Assembly (NCBI GenBank): GCA_963665845.2
Contig: OY762492.1
Coordinates: 576,001-640,000, forward strand
Direction of reading: 5' to 3'
DNA length: 64,000 nucleotides
DNA from: Candidatus Poribacteria bacterium
GTDB taxonomy: Bacteria; Poribacteria; WGA-4E; GCA-2687025
Part shown: positions 42,175-52,212 of the stretch, piece by piece
How positions within the stretch are numbered: the stretch's first letter is position 1
Layout of the letters: each line of letters begins with the position of its first letter
Position numbers and translations under genes: made by a program
The notes under the pieces: generated by a model
Databases searched by the model: none
Seen by the model: only the letters and a program-made list of their open reading frames with translations
Told to the model about the DNA's origin: nothing

Positions 42175-43011
42175 TTACGGTTGGCGGCGAGCGGCGTAAT
42201 CGGCGCGCCACTGCTCAAGAAGCGTCTCCGCGGCGGAGCGTATCTCCTCTAACGGCGCGTCCTGAACGCCGTCTGCCGAGACGGTTTTAACGGTCGGATA
42301 GACGCCGCGCACAAAATCGAAACCGCCGGTGGCGATGTCTTCGTCGCTGGCGTCTAGAAGCGCTTCGACGGCGGCATGGACAGCCTCCTCGCGCGTCATG
42401 TTCGCCTTGAACCTTTTTTTAAGAACGATATACGCCTCTTTGCCGCCGGAGCCGGTCGCGCAAAACGCGCGCTCCTCATACCGCCCGCCTGCAGGGTCGT
42501 ACTTGAAAATGCGCCCCGTCTTGCGCTTCAGATCGTACCCTGCAAACAGCGGCGCAACGACAAAACCCTGCATCGCGGCGGGCAGATTCTGTGTCACCAG
42601 ATGGGTCAGGTAATTCGCCTTCCCTTCGAGGCTCAGCGGGATGCCCTCCACCTTTTCATAAAACTCGATCTGCGTTTGAAGCAGCTTCGCCATCTGCGCG
42701 GCAGGACCGGCGACGCCGGCAATCGCGACGGCGGAAAGATGATCCATCTCCATCACCTTTTCGATTTCGCGCTCGGCGATCTCGTACCCCGCGGTCGCTT
42801 GCCGATCCCCGGCGATCAGAACCCCCGCGTCATATTTTGCCGCTAGGATCGTCGTCCCATGCGTCATCGGCAGGGCGGTTTCAACGCTTCCCTGCGGAAG
42901 CGCAGAGTTCAACAGCTCCGGGCAATTGGAACGGAGCAGCGCCACAAAATCGGCGCGCTCCGCCCCTTGCCTTCGTTCAAGGCTGAATGGAAGCTCGGCG
43001 GGGTGAATCAT
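42175..43011 (-). CDS. prcB: 20S proteasome beta subunit with propeptide
   Basis: HG|TTI autoprocessing site, AGDRQAT, SLEGKAN and GSG. Confidence 0.96.
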   Translation of the reverse strand: MIHPAELPFSLERRQGAERADFVALLRSNCPELLNSALPQGSVETALPMTHGTTILAAKYDAGVLIAGDRQATAGYEIAEREIEKVMEMDHLSAVAIAGVAGPAAQMAKLLQTQIEFYEKVEGIPLSLEGKANYLTHLVTQNLPAAMQGFVVAPLFAGYDLKRKTGRIFKYDPAGGRYEERAFCATGSGGKEAYIVLKKRFKANMTREEAVHAAVEALLDASDEDIATGGFDFVRGVYPTVKTVSADGVQDAPLEEIRSAAETLLEQWRADYAARRQP

Positions 43012-43208
43012 TCGCCGCCGCGCTGGATGTAATTTTCAACAAACTCCTCGGAATCTTCGAGGAGCTCGTCGATCTCATCCAGCAGTTTGTCGATGTCCTC
43101 TTTGATGGCGGCGCCTTTTTCAACAATGCCGCTCTCGTTTTCAATCTGTTCGGGATTCTCGCGGACTTTTTCATCCCGACGGGCCTGTTTCTGTTCAGGT
43201 TTCGGCAT
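43008..43208 (-). CDS. pup: Prokaryotic ubiquitin-like protein Pup
   Basis: 66 aa; acidic DKLLDEIDELLEDSEEFVENYIQRGGE with C-terminal GGE; lies between dop and prcB. Confidence 0.93.
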   Translation of the reverse strand: MPKPEQKQARRDEKVRENPEQIENESGIVEKGAAIKEDIDKLLDEIDELLEDSEEFVENYIQRGGE

Positions 43209-43220
43209 CGCGGTTCCTCC

Positions 43221-44750
43221 TTACGGGTTGACTTTCGACTTCGACTCAATATATTCCAGCAGCTGCGCCGGGGTTTCGCTTTGTTGGAGTATCTCACCCA
43301 CCATTGTGCGCGTTCCCCGCAGCGGATGCAACATCGGCACCATCTGCAAATCGCGTTCGTTCGTGTCAAAAATGAGCGAATTCCAGCTCGCCGCATGAAT
43401 CGCTTCCGGAAAACGCTTGAGACATGTTCCCCTAAAATAGGCGCGCGTGTCTAGCGGCGGGTTGCTGATTGCATGAATCGCCTCTTCTTGAGAAATGATG
43501 CGGTCGATGCGCCCCGCTTTCTGAAGGCGGTAAAAAATGCCCGCCCTCGGACGAATATCATGGTACTGCAGATCCAGCATGCGCATCCGATGATTCGTCC
43601 AGTCCAGGTCGTACCGATCCCGATAAGCGGTCAGCCAAGAGCGTTTGATAACCCAATCCAGCCGCCTGTCCAGCTGCGAAGCGCCGCTTTCCAGCATATC
43701 CAGCGTCTTTCCCCACTGGCGAACCACATCCGCGTTCATCTCATGGCGCGGTCCCGCGTTCCGCTGATCCGCCACATACTGCTCCGCCAGCCGATGATAC
43801 TGCCTTTGAATGTCGATGGCGGACAGGCGGCGCGTATGCTCCATCGCATAATCGCGTTCAAAATCCAGGTCTCTGGACGCGGCGCGCATCGCAGAGACAG
43901 GCTCCCGCATCTTGAACTGATCTCGAATCAGCCCATCCTCAATCATCTGAAGCGTCAGCGCGGCGGTTCCCGCTTTTAAGTACGTCGCAAATTCCGACAT
44001 GTTCGCGTCCCCGACAATCACATGGAACCGCCGGTACAGCTTCTCGTCCGCGTGCGGCTCGTCCCTTGTGTTGATAATCGGGCGGTCGACCATCGTGCTA
44101 AGCCCGACCTCCGTTTCGAAGAAGTCGGAGCGCTGCGCAATTTGAAAATCGGCAGGCTTGCCTCCGTTCTCGGCGCCGACCTTCCCCGCCCCGGCGAAGA
44201 TCTGCCGCGTTACAAGAAACGGCGTGAACCCGTCCACTAGCGACTGAAACGGCGTCTTTCGGTCGACAAGGTAGTTTTCATGGCACCCGTAGCTATGCCC
44301 TTTTCCGTCGGAGTTGTTTTTGTAAATGGCGAGTTCGCGCGGCTCCTCCAGCATCTGCTCGGCGAGCCTGCAGCTCATCTCCAAGATCAATTCGCCCGCC
44401 TTGTCGTAAATCACCAGGTCGCGCGGGTTGGAGCATTCAGGCGTGCAATACTCTGGATGCGCGTGGTCGACATAATACCTGCCGCCGTTGGTGAGTATGT
44501 CGTTCACAGCGGGGGCGGCTTCGTCGTCTCCGTCCGCGCCGATGTCCGGGTTGACGATCTCGCTCATGAACCCGCGCGCGTCCATGAGCGGGCTTTCCTC
44601 CTCGTAATTCCATGTGGCTGAACGCCGCGGATCGCGCCCTTTATAGCTGTTGACAACCATCGTGGACGCGGCGACAGGGTCAAAATCGGCGGCGCGGCGC
44701 ACCGCGATTCCGTACTCGGTCTCGATGCCCATCGCTTTGATGAGAGCCAT
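43221..44750 (-). CDS. dop: Pup deamidase/depupylase Dop
   Basis: GIETEYG, Dop-loop WNYEEESPLMDARGF, NGGRYYVDHAHPEY, NTRDEPHAD and RFHVIVGDAN; the Dop-loop distinguishes it from PafA. Confidence 0.9.
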   Translation of the reverse strand: MALIKAMGIETEYGIAVRRAADFDPVAASTMVVNSYKGRDPRRSATWNYEEESPLMDARGFMSEIVNPDIGADGDDEAAPAVNDILTNGGRYYVDHAHPEYCTPECSNPRDLVIYDKAGELILEMSCRLAEQMLEEPRELAIYKNNSDGKGHSYGCHENYLVDRKTPFQSLVDGFTPFLVTRQIFAGAGKVGAENGGKPADFQIAQRSDFFETEVGLSTMVDRPIINTRDEPHADEKLYRRFHVIVGDANMSEFATYLKAGTAALTLQMIEDGLIRDQFKMREPVSAMRAASRDLDFERDYAMEHTRRLSAIDIQRQYHRLAEQYVADQRNAGPRHEMNADVVRQWGKTLDMLESGASQLDRRLDWVIKRSWLTAYRDRYDLDWTNHRMRMLDLQYHDIRPRAGIFYRLQKAGRIDRIISQEEAIHAISNPPLDTRAYFRGTCLKRFPEAIHAASWNSLIFDTNERDLQMVPMLHPLRGTRTMVGEILQQSETPAQLLEYIESKSKVNP

Positions 44751-44764
44751 AAACGGTTCCGCCT

Positions 44765-46513
44765 TTACAGATACGGTCCGGAGGCTGCGACTCGAACGTT
44801 GCGTTTTTCTTGCTCGCTCTGGTCGTTCATCAGCCGCTTCACATTCACAATGCGTTCGCCTTTCCGTCCAGAGATGCTTGCCCATTCGTCCGGATTTTTG
44901 GTGTTCGGCAGGTCTTCGTTCTCTTTGAATTCTGCCTTGACAGCGGCGCGCATGTCTTCAAAGGATATTCCCTTCTCGCCGCCGTCCACATACCGCTTCA
45001 GGGCGATTTTCTTCGCTCTGGAGACGACGTTCATGACCATCGCGCCGCTGACGAAATCTTTAAAGTACAACGTCTCCTTCTCGCCGCGCGCGTAGGTCAG
45101 CTCTAAGAACTTGCTCTCGTCGTTTTCGGCGTACATCTGTTCCACCGCCTTGTCGATCAGCCGCTCCACAAGCGCGCCCGCCGTTTCCCCTGGGCGCAGA
45201 TCCGAGGAGGCAAGCGGCAGGTCCGGCGTTAGGTACACCTTAAAAATGTCGCGCGCCGCCTCCATGTCGGGTCGGTCGATTTTGATTTTCACATCCAGCC
45301 GCCCTGGGCGAAGGACAGCGGGATCCAGCAGGTCTTGCCTGTTGCTCGCGCCGATGACGATCACGTTCCGCAGCGTTTCCACGCCGTCGATTTCCGCTAA
45401 AAATTGCGGCACCAGCGTCGATTCCATATCGGATGAAATGCCCAGCCCGCGCGTCCTAAAGAGCGAGTCCATCTCGTCAAAAAAGATGACGACCGGCATG
45501 CCCTCCTGCGCTTTTTCGCGCGCCCGTTGGAACACTTCGCGTATTTTGCGCTCCGTCTCGCCGACATACTTATTCAGCAGCTCCGGCCCTTTGATGTTGA
45601 TAAAGTAGGCGCGGATGGAGCTGTCGTTGGAAAGTTCGCGCCCCTTTTGAGCGATGCTGTTGGCGACCGCTTTGGCGATGAGCGTCTTGCCGCACCCCGG
45701 CGGCCCGTAAAGCAATATCCCTTTCGGCGGCGCCAGGCTGAACTCTTTGAACTGGTCGGGGTAGAGATACGGCAGCTCCACCGCGTCCCGTATCTGCTCA
45801 ATCTGGCTGTCCAGCCCGCCGATGTCGTGATAGGAAACGTCCGGCGCTTCTTCTAAGAGCAGGTCTTCAGAATCGACCCGCGGCAGGCGATCTACGACAA
45901 GGCCGGTGGAGGAGTTGAGCAAGGCGCGGTCCCCGCTTTTGAGAGGAGCCGATTTGAGCGAGCCGGATATATGCGCGACGCGCTCCTCTCCGCCGCGCGC
46001 TTCCAGCAGCGCCCTGTCTCCGTCCAGCGTCTGCTTCACCCGAACGACTTCGCCGCTGCGTTCCGGCTCCGCCGCCGCAATCACATTGTAGGCGGAGTTC
46101 ACGATCACCTCCTGCCCCGTTTCCAGATGTTCAGCGTCCAGCGACGGGTCCGCGTTGACGCGCATCTTTTTGCCCATGAGGGAGATGTCGACCGTTCCGT
46201 CTTCGTTCCGTCCGAGGAAGGCGCCGTAGTTGTTCGGCGGCGCGCTCAACATATCCACCTTTTCGCGCAGCAGCTCAAGGCTCTCTTTGGTTTCGGACAG
46301 GTTGGAGGTCAGATCGCGGTTGCGCCTGCGCAGCTTGACAAGTTCCCGCTCCGCTTCGTAGAGCATATTTTCGGTATGTTCGGAGGCGGCGGAGCTTAGC
46401 TTTCGGCGCAGATCGTTGATCTCCGCCTGCATGATGTCGATCAAGCCCTCCAGCTCCTTGATCCGCTCAGCGGGCCTTCTTGGCAAGGCGCGTCTCGACC
46501 GTTCCTCACTCAT
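44765..46513 (-). CDS. arc: Proteasome-associated AAA ATPase ARC/Mpa
   Basis: N-terminal coiled coil, GPPGCGKT, IFFDE and RPGRLD; C-terminal GPYL (GQYL-like proteasome docking motif). Confidence 0.96.
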   Translation of the reverse strand: MSEERSRRALPRRPAERIKELEGLIDIMQAEINDLRRKLSSAASEHTENMLYEAERELVKLRRRNRDLTSNLSETKESLELLREKVDMLSAPPNNYGAFLGRNEDGTVDISLMGKKMRVNADPSLDAEHLETGQEVIVNSAYNVIAAAEPERSGEVVRVKQTLDGDRALLEARGGEERVAHISGSLKSAPLKSGDRALLNSSTGLVVDRLPRVDSEDLLLEEAPDVSYHDIGGLDSQIEQIRDAVELPYLYPDQFKEFSLAPPKGILLYGPPGCGKTLIAKAVANSIAQKGRELSNDSSIRAYFINIKGPELLNKYVGETERKIREVFQRAREKAQEGMPVVIFFDEMDSLFRTRGLGISSDMESTLVPQFLAEIDGVETLRNVIVIGASNRQDLLDPAVLRPGRLDVKIKIDRPDMEAARDIFKVYLTPDLPLASSDLRPGETAGALVERLIDKAVEQMYAENDESKFLELTYARGEKETLYFKDFVSGAMVMNVVSRAKKIALKRYVDGGEKGISFEDMRAAVKAEFKENEDLPNTKNPDEWASISGRKGERIVNVKRLMNDQSEQEKRNVRVAASGPYL

Positions 46514-46584
46514 GAATCTCTTCCTCCGCGGCGCTGTCTTAGGAACCATACCATATCATATCATACGCTTTCTTTCATGCGGCG

Positions 46585-47454
46585 TCAACGGGCAAGACGC
46601 TCCATCGCGTCCGCATACGATTCTCGAAGAAACGCCGCGGCGGGCTTTGCCTCCGCTGCGAAGTCGTTCCAGTTGCATTCAACGCTGATGCGGGCGTCGT
46701 AGTTTGCCTCATGCAGCGCCTCATAAAAACGCGGATAATCGTACCGCCCAGAGCCAGGGTAAAGCCTGCCCGTATCGGCAACGTGAACATGGATGAGACG
46801 GTTGCCGCAATTTTCAATCGCTTCAAACGGCTCCCGTTCCTCCATGAGATGGTAAAAATCGGCGAGAACGGCAATTTCAGGGCGGTTGACCCGCTTCGCC
46901 ATTTCATGCGCTTCTTCTACGGTGTTGAGTATATTGCTTTCGCGCCTGTTGAGCGGTTCGATGGCGATCTGAATGCCGGCGGCTTCCGCTTTGTCGGCGC
47001 ATAGATGCAGAAACTGTTCCAGCTGCGCCTCCGCTTCTTCCCGCGGGAATCCGTCCGGTATGTTGCGCGCGGCTCCGCTGCCGAAGACGATCACATCGCC
47101 TCCCACGGCGGCGACCCTCTCCGCGGCGACGGCCACATACTGCTCAATACGTTTCCAGTCGCGGCTTTCCCCTGTCAGTTTTATATGCGGCGCGATGAAG
47201 CTGTTGAAGCATTCCGCCTTGATGGAGGCGCCGTCTAAGGCGGAACGGAACAGGTTGAACGACTCTTCAGGCTGTTCAGGCGCGACCATCCCGACGCCAA
47301 ATTCGGCAAAGTCGCACTCGGCTTCTTCCAGGGCGCGCAGCGCCGCCGGAACAGCCGCCGTCTGCGCTTCATACCGATTCCCCGCTTTAATCGACCCCGC
47401 CCCCGATGTCGGAGGCACAAACGAGGCTAACGCGACGCAGCATCCAAAACGCAT
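46585..47454 (-). CDS. Sugar phosphate isomerase/epimerase (D-psicose/tagatose 3-epimerase-like TIM barrel)
   Basis: IEPLNRRE, LADFYH, HVHVAD, PGSG and ISVEC motifs. Confidence 0.88.
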   Translation of the reverse strand: MRFGCCVALASFVPPTSGAGSIKAGNRYEAQTAAVPAALRALEEAECDFAEFGVGMVAPEQPEESFNLFRSALDGASIKAECFNSFIAPHIKLTGESRDWKRIEQYVAVAAERVAAVGGDVIVFGSGAARNIPDGFPREEAEAQLEQFLHLCADKAEAAGIQIAIEPLNRRESNILNTVEEAHEMAKRVNRPEIAVLADFYHLMEEREPFEAIENCGNRLIHVHVADTGRLYPGSGRYDYPRFYEALHEANYDARISVECNWNDFAAEAKPAAAFLRESYADAMERLAR

Positions 47455-47575
47455 CTCTCCGCCTTCCATATCCTTATTATGAACTGCATTCGCCCAAAAC
47501 GCAACTGCCGCGCCAAACTTGACAGTACATACAGGCGATGACATTCATTTTACGCGAAGGCCGCCGATCTAGGCC

Positions 47576-47703
47576 GTCATTCCCGCGTAAGCGGGAATCT
47601 TAAGGCATCGCAGCCGCCGCGCCCGTCCTTTAAACCCCCCTAGCCCCCCTTTCAAGGGGGGAATCCAGAGGCGCCGCGAATATTCCCCTATGAGCGTACT
47701 GCC
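47576..47703 (+). repeat. Composite REP module (family A palindrome plus family B element)
   Basis: GTCATTCCCGCGTAAGCGGGAATC at 47576-47599, then CCCCCCTAGCCCCCCTTTCAAGGGGGGAATC. Confidence 0.85.
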
Positions 47704-47719
47704 AATCTTAAGCCGCCGC

Positions 47720-47748
47720 TTGAACCCAAGGCGCGTCAACGGTATGCT
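47720..47748 (+). promoter_or_regulatory. Putative sigma70 promoter (TTGAAC-N17-TATGCT)
   Basis: Spacing and consensus fit, upstream of the M32 gene. Confidence 0.5.
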
Positions 47749-47783
47749 ATCCGTTAGTTTAACGCAATTTCCATCGGCAGGGG

Positions 47784-49295
47784 ATGTCTCGAATGAAACT
47801 ATACGATCAATTCATTGAGCGGACGCAGAAAATAGGGCGGCTGGGATCCATCGGCAGAACGCTTTGGTGGGACATGCAGACGCAGATGCCGCCCAAGGGA
47901 GCCGAAGCGCGCGGCGAACAGATGGCGCTCCTAAGAGGCATGGTACATGAAATGTTGACCAGCCCCGAACTGGGCGACGCCCTGAAAAAGCTGTCGGAAG
48001 AGGAGGGGCTGAACCCCGACCAGGAAACGAATGTGCGCGAGATGTCCCGCGTGTACGACCGCGCCGTCAAGCTGCCGAAAACGCTCATCGAAGAAATGAC
48101 GCGCGCCAGCGTGGAGGGGCAAGCCGTATGGAAAGCCGCCCGTCCAAAAAACGATTTTGCCGCCTTCGCCCCCTGTTTGAAACGGCATATCCAGCTGGAG
48201 CGCGAATACGCCGAGCTGATTGGTTACGAGGACAACCCGTACGACGCCCTGCTGGACGGGTATGAACCGAACGCGACAAAAGCCTCCACGGACGCCATGT
48301 TCGACCCGATTCGCAAGGAGGCGCAACCGCTGCTGGACGCGATCCTCGGCAGCTCTGTCCGTCCAGACGAATCGCTGTTGACGCGCCCTTTGTCGCAGCG
48401 CAAGCAGCGCCGCTTTGGAATCCTCGCCGCAAAGGAGGTCGGGTTCGACTTTGAAGCGGGGCGGCTGGATGTGTCGGCGCACCCGTTCTGCTCAGGCTCG
48501 CATCCAAACGATGTCCGCATGACGACCCGCTACGACGTCAACGATCCGCTCAGCTCCTTCTTTTCGGTTCTGCATGAAACGGGGCATGGCCTCTACGGAC
48601 AAGGTCTCCTGATGGAGCATATCTACACGCCGCGCGGCAGCTCCGTCTCGCTGGGCGTTCATGAGTCGCAGTCCCGTTTTTGGGAAAACGTCGTCGGACG
48701 CAGCCGACCCTTCTGGAAGCGGTATCTGCCCAAGCTGAAAAAGGTATACGGCGGCGCGTTCGATGACGTCTCGCTGGACGATTTCTACTTCGCTGTCAAC
48801 CGCGCGACCCCTGGTTTGATTCGCGTCGAGGCGGACGAGATCACCTACAACTTCCATATCCTGCTCCGCTTTGAGCTGGAGGATGATCTCATCAACGGGC
48901 GCTTGGAGGTGGACGATCTGCCTGCCGCATGGAACGAAAAGATGCGCGGCTACCTCGGCATTGAACCGCCGAACGACGCGATGGGCGTCATGCAGGACAT
49001 CCACTGGTCGTCCGGCAGTTTCGGCTATTTCCCGACATACACGCTCGGCAATCTTTTCGCGGCGCAGCTGCTGTGGAAGATTCGGCAGGACATCCCCGAT
49101 CTGGACGATGAGATCGAACAGGGGAATTTCGCCGGCGTTCTGGAATGGCAGCGGGAACGCATTCATCGGCAGGGAATGCTTTACTCCTCCGCCGAGCTGA
49201 TCAAACGGGCGACCGGCGAGCCGCCGGACGGCAGCTATTTCATCCAGTATCTGCGCGAAAAGTTTGCGCCGCTCTACCGCCTCTCGCTGTCATGA
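47784..49295 (+). CDS. Carboxypeptidase, family M32 (Taq-like)
   Basis: HPF, DVRMTTR, HETGH, HESQS, IRVEADE, QDIHW and GYFPTY. Confidence 0.96.
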   Translation: MSRMKLYDQFIERTQKIGRLGSIGRTLWWDMQTQMPPKGAEARGEQMALLRGMVHEMLTSPELGDALKKLSEEEGLNPDQETNVREMSRVYDRAVKLPKTLIEEMTRASVEGQAVWKAARPKNDFAAFAPCLKRHIQLEREYAELIGYEDNPYDALLDGYEPNATKASTDAMFDPIRKEAQPLLDAILGSSVRPDESLLTRPLSQRKQRRFGILAAKEVGFDFEAGRLDVSAHPFCSGSHPNDVRMTTRYDVNDPLSSFFSVLHETGHGLYGQGLLMEHIYTPRGSSVSLGVHESQSRFWENVVGRSRPFWKRYLPKLKKVYGGAFDDVSLDDFYFAVNRATPGLIRVEADEITYNFHILLRFELEDDLINGRLEVDDLPAAWNEKMRGYLGIEPPNDAMGVMQDIHWSSGSFGYFPTYTLGNLFAAQLLWKIRQDIPDLDDEIEQGNFAGVLEWQRERIHRQGMLYSSAELIKRATGEPPDGSYFIQYLREKFAPLYRLSLS

Positions 49296-49317
49296 ACGCT
49301 GTTGAAGGGAACGCCCG

Positions 49318-50940
49318 ATGCCGTATCAGCCAAGCTACGACCGCGCGAACCGTTTTGGTCCAAGCCGTTCCTGCGTCGTCTCGAAGAACGGCGTTGTCGC
49401 GGCGAGTCAGCCGGCGGCGGCGCTGGCGGGGGTCGACATTCTGCGCGCCGGCGGAAACGCGGTCGATGCGTCGGTCGCGGCGGCGGCGGCGCTGTGCGTC
49501 TCGGAGCCGATGTCGACCGGCATCGGCGGCGACGTATTCGCGCTTATTTACGACGCGGAGACGAAGCGCGTTTACGGGCTGAACGCGAGCGGGCGCGCCC
49601 CTGAAGCGGCGACTTTAGAAGAGTATGAACGCCGTTTGGGAAAAGGCGGGGCGATCCCTGCGCGCGGCGCGCTTGCGGTCACGGTTCCAGGCGCGGCGGC
49701 GGGATGGGCGGACATCGCCGCCCGTTTTGGACGCATGCCGTTGAGCGATCTCATGAAGCCCGCCGTCCGTTTGGCTGAAGACGGGTTCGCCCTGACGCCG
49801 CAGATTGCAAACGCATGGCGCGGTTCTGAAGGCATGCTGCGTTCCGACGCCGATTCGTCGTCAACATGGCTTATGAACGGCAACGCGCCGCGCGTCGGGC
49901 AGATTTTCCTTAACCCAAACCTAGGACGAACGCTGCGCCTCTTCGGAGAAGGCGGAAGCGAAGCGTTTTACGGCGGAGAGATTGGCGCGGCTCTCGCGCA
50001 GGCGGCGCAGGAACGCGGCGGACTTCTCACAACGGACGACCTAGAGGCGCACACCTCCACCTGGACGGAGCCGATACAGACCGACTACCGCGGCGCGCAG
50101 GTACTGGAAATGCCGCCGAACGGACAGGGCATCGCCGCGCTGGAAACGCTCAACATACTCGCCTTAGAGGACGCGCCAGCGATGGGGTTCCAGTCGCCCG
50201 ACCTGCTCCATCTGCAGATTGAGGCGTTCAAGCTGGCGTTCCACGACAGGAATCGATACGTTACAGACCCTGAATTTGAAGAGATACCGGTTGAAGCGCT
50301 GCTCTCCGAATCGTACGCCCATTCGCAGCGGCGACGCATCTCGATGGAGCGGGCGAATCAAGAGCCGACGCATGGCGAGCCGCGCATGTCCGACACCGTT
50401 TATCTGTGCGCCGCCGACTCGGACGGCAACATGGTCTCCTTCATCAACAGCCTCTACATGGGCTGGGGAAGCGGCATCACGGCGGGGGAAACGGGCGTTC
50501 TGCTTCAAAACCGCGGCTCCAGCTTCTCCCTGGATCCGTCCCATGTGAACCGCATCGCGCCGAGAAAACGGACTCGGCATACGATCATCCCCGCCATGCT
50601 GATGGAAGACGGCAAGCCGCTCGCCGCGTTCGGCGTCATGGGCGGGGACATGCAGGCGCAGGGGCATGTCCAAGTCGTTTCGAACATGCTAGACTTCATG
50701 CTGAACCCGCAAGACGCCATCGACGCGCCGCGTTGGCGCTATAATGGACATGGCGCCGGCGTTTCGTTCGACCCGTGGACGCCGGCGGAGATCATAGAGG
50801 CGCTGGCGAAACGGGGGCATGCGGTCGCCGGGACAGGCGGCTTTTTCGGCGGCGCGCAGACGATTTATCGCGACAAAGAGAGCGGCGCGTATCATTCAGG
50901 TTCAGACCCGCGGCGCGACGGAGCCGCTGTCGGATATTGA
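49318..50940 (+). CDS. ggt: Gamma-glutamyltransferase family protein
   Basis: GGNAVDA, PPNGQG, SD|TVY catalytic Thr, LQNRG, GVMGG and DPRRDG. Confidence 0.93.
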   Translation: MPYQPSYDRANRFGPSRSCVVSKNGVVAASQPAAALAGVDILRAGGNAVDASVAAAAALCVSEPMSTGIGGDVFALIYDAETKRVYGLNASGRAPEAATLEEYERRLGKGGAIPARGALAVTVPGAAAGWADIAARFGRMPLSDLMKPAVRLAEDGFALTPQIANAWRGSEGMLRSDADSSSTWLMNGNAPRVGQIFLNPNLGRTLRLFGEGGSEAFYGGEIGAALAQAAQERGGLLTTDDLEAHTSTWTEPIQTDYRGAQVLEMPPNGQGIAALETLNILALEDAPAMGFQSPDLLHLQIEAFKLAFHDRNRYVTDPEFEEIPVEALLSESYAHSQRRRISMERANQEPTHGEPRMSDTVYLCAADSDGNMVSFINSLYMGWGSGITAGETGVLLQNRGSSFSLDPSHVNRIAPRKRTRHTIIPAMLMEDGKPLAAFGVMGGDMQAQGHVQVVSNMLDFMLNPQDAIDAPRWRYNGHGAGVSFDPWTPAEIIEALAKRGHAVAGTGGFFGGAQTIYRDKESGAYHSGSDPRRDGAAVGY

Positions 50941-50953
50941 CAAGGAGCTTTAC

Positions 50954-52195
50954 ATGAGCAGTCTCGATGTGTTGACGCATACATTTTCAAACGGTTTGAC
51001 ATTGGCGGCGGAGATTCGCCCCGCGATACGCGCGGCGGCTTTCAACCTGCTCATGCCGACCGGCTTGGCGGGCGACCCGTCAGGAAAAGAGGGCTTGTCG
51101 AATGTGCTGTCGGATCTGTGTTACCGCGGCGCGGGCGATTTGGATTCCCGCGCGCTGTCAGACGCCCTGGACGCGATCGGAATGCAGCGCTCCGGCGGGG
51201 CGAGCAGAATTGCCTTTTCATTCGGCGGCGCCGTCATGTCTGACCATCTAGAGCGCGCCTTGGATCTGACAGCGGACATCGTCCTGCGCCCCGCGCTGGA
51301 CCCGAAAGAGCTGGAGCCTGTTCGGTCGCTGGCGCTTCAAGACCTCGCCTCCCTGGAAGATGAGCCGCGGCGCAACGTGTTCATTCACCTGAACCGCGCC
51401 TATTTCACCAACGAGTACGGGCTGTCCTCTCTTGGGACGGAGGAATCGCTGCAGTCGCTCACGGCTGAAGATATGGCGGAGGCGCAGAAAAGCCGCTTCA
51501 AGCCGAACGGCGCCATTATGAGCGTTGCGGGGCGGATCGACTGGGAGCGGCTGAAGGATGCGGTCGAGGCGCGGTTCGGCGACTGGGACGGGTCGGCGCC
51601 CGCGCTTCCTCAACCAGAAAGGCGCGCCGACGGCTGTTACGTCCACATTGAGCAGGACACGCAGCAGCAGCATATCGGCGCCGCCTACGCCGCCGCGCCG
51701 CTAGAGCATCCCGACATCTACGTCTCGCGGATGGCGCTGGGCGTCTTGTCGGGAGGGATGGGCGCGCGTCTCTTCACCGAGGTGCGCGAAAAGCGCGGGC
51801 TTGCGTATGCGGTCTATGCGGGCGCCGCCTCTCTGAAAGGAATGGGATATGTGCAGGCGTATGCAGGCACCACCCCCGAACGCGCCCAAGAAACGCTCGA
51901 CACGCTCATTGCGGAGCTGAAACGGATGGCTGAAGGCGTCACCGAAGAGGAACTGGAACGGGCGCGAACAGGCCTCTTGTCAAGCCTCGTCATGGGCGGC
52001 GAGTCGACCGGCGCCAGGGCGAACGCGATCGCAACCGATCTCTACTACCTCGGCAGAGTCCGCAGCCTTGAGGAGATACGGGAGCAAATTGAGGCGGTCG
52101 ATTCCGCGTCCATTGCGGCGCATCTGAAGGAGTTCCCGCCTGAAAACTTTACGGTCGCCGCTCTCGGTCCGCGCCGGCTTGAGATGCCTGAATAA
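50954..52195 (+). CDS. M16B peptidase, non-catalytic subunit
   Basis: M16 fold with RLFTEVREKRGLAY but no HxxEH. Confidence 0.88.
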   Translation: MSSLDVLTHTFSNGLTLAAEIRPAIRAAAFNLLMPTGLAGDPSGKEGLSNVLSDLCYRGAGDLDSRALSDALDAIGMQRSGGASRIAFSFGGAVMSDHLERALDLTADIVLRPALDPKELEPVRSLALQDLASLEDEPRRNVFIHLNRAYFTNEYGLSSLGTEESLQSLTAEDMAEAQKSRFKPNGAIMSVAGRIDWERLKDAVEARFGDWDGSAPALPQPERRADGCYVHIEQDTQQQHIGAAYAAAPLEHPDIYVSRMALGVLSGGMGARLFTEVREKRGLAYAVYAGAASLKGMGYVQAYAGTTPERAQETLDTLIAELKRMAEGVTEEELERARTGLLSSLVMGGESTGARANAIATDLYYLGRVRSLEEIREQIEAVDSASIAAHLKEFPPENFTVAALGPRRLEMPE

Positions 52196-52212
52196 CATTG
52201 AAAGGAAACGCG

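Noticed and set aside
43221-44750. Calling this gene pafA
   Set aside because: It contains the Dop-loop (WNYEEESPLMDARGF) and lies in the dop position upstream of pup.
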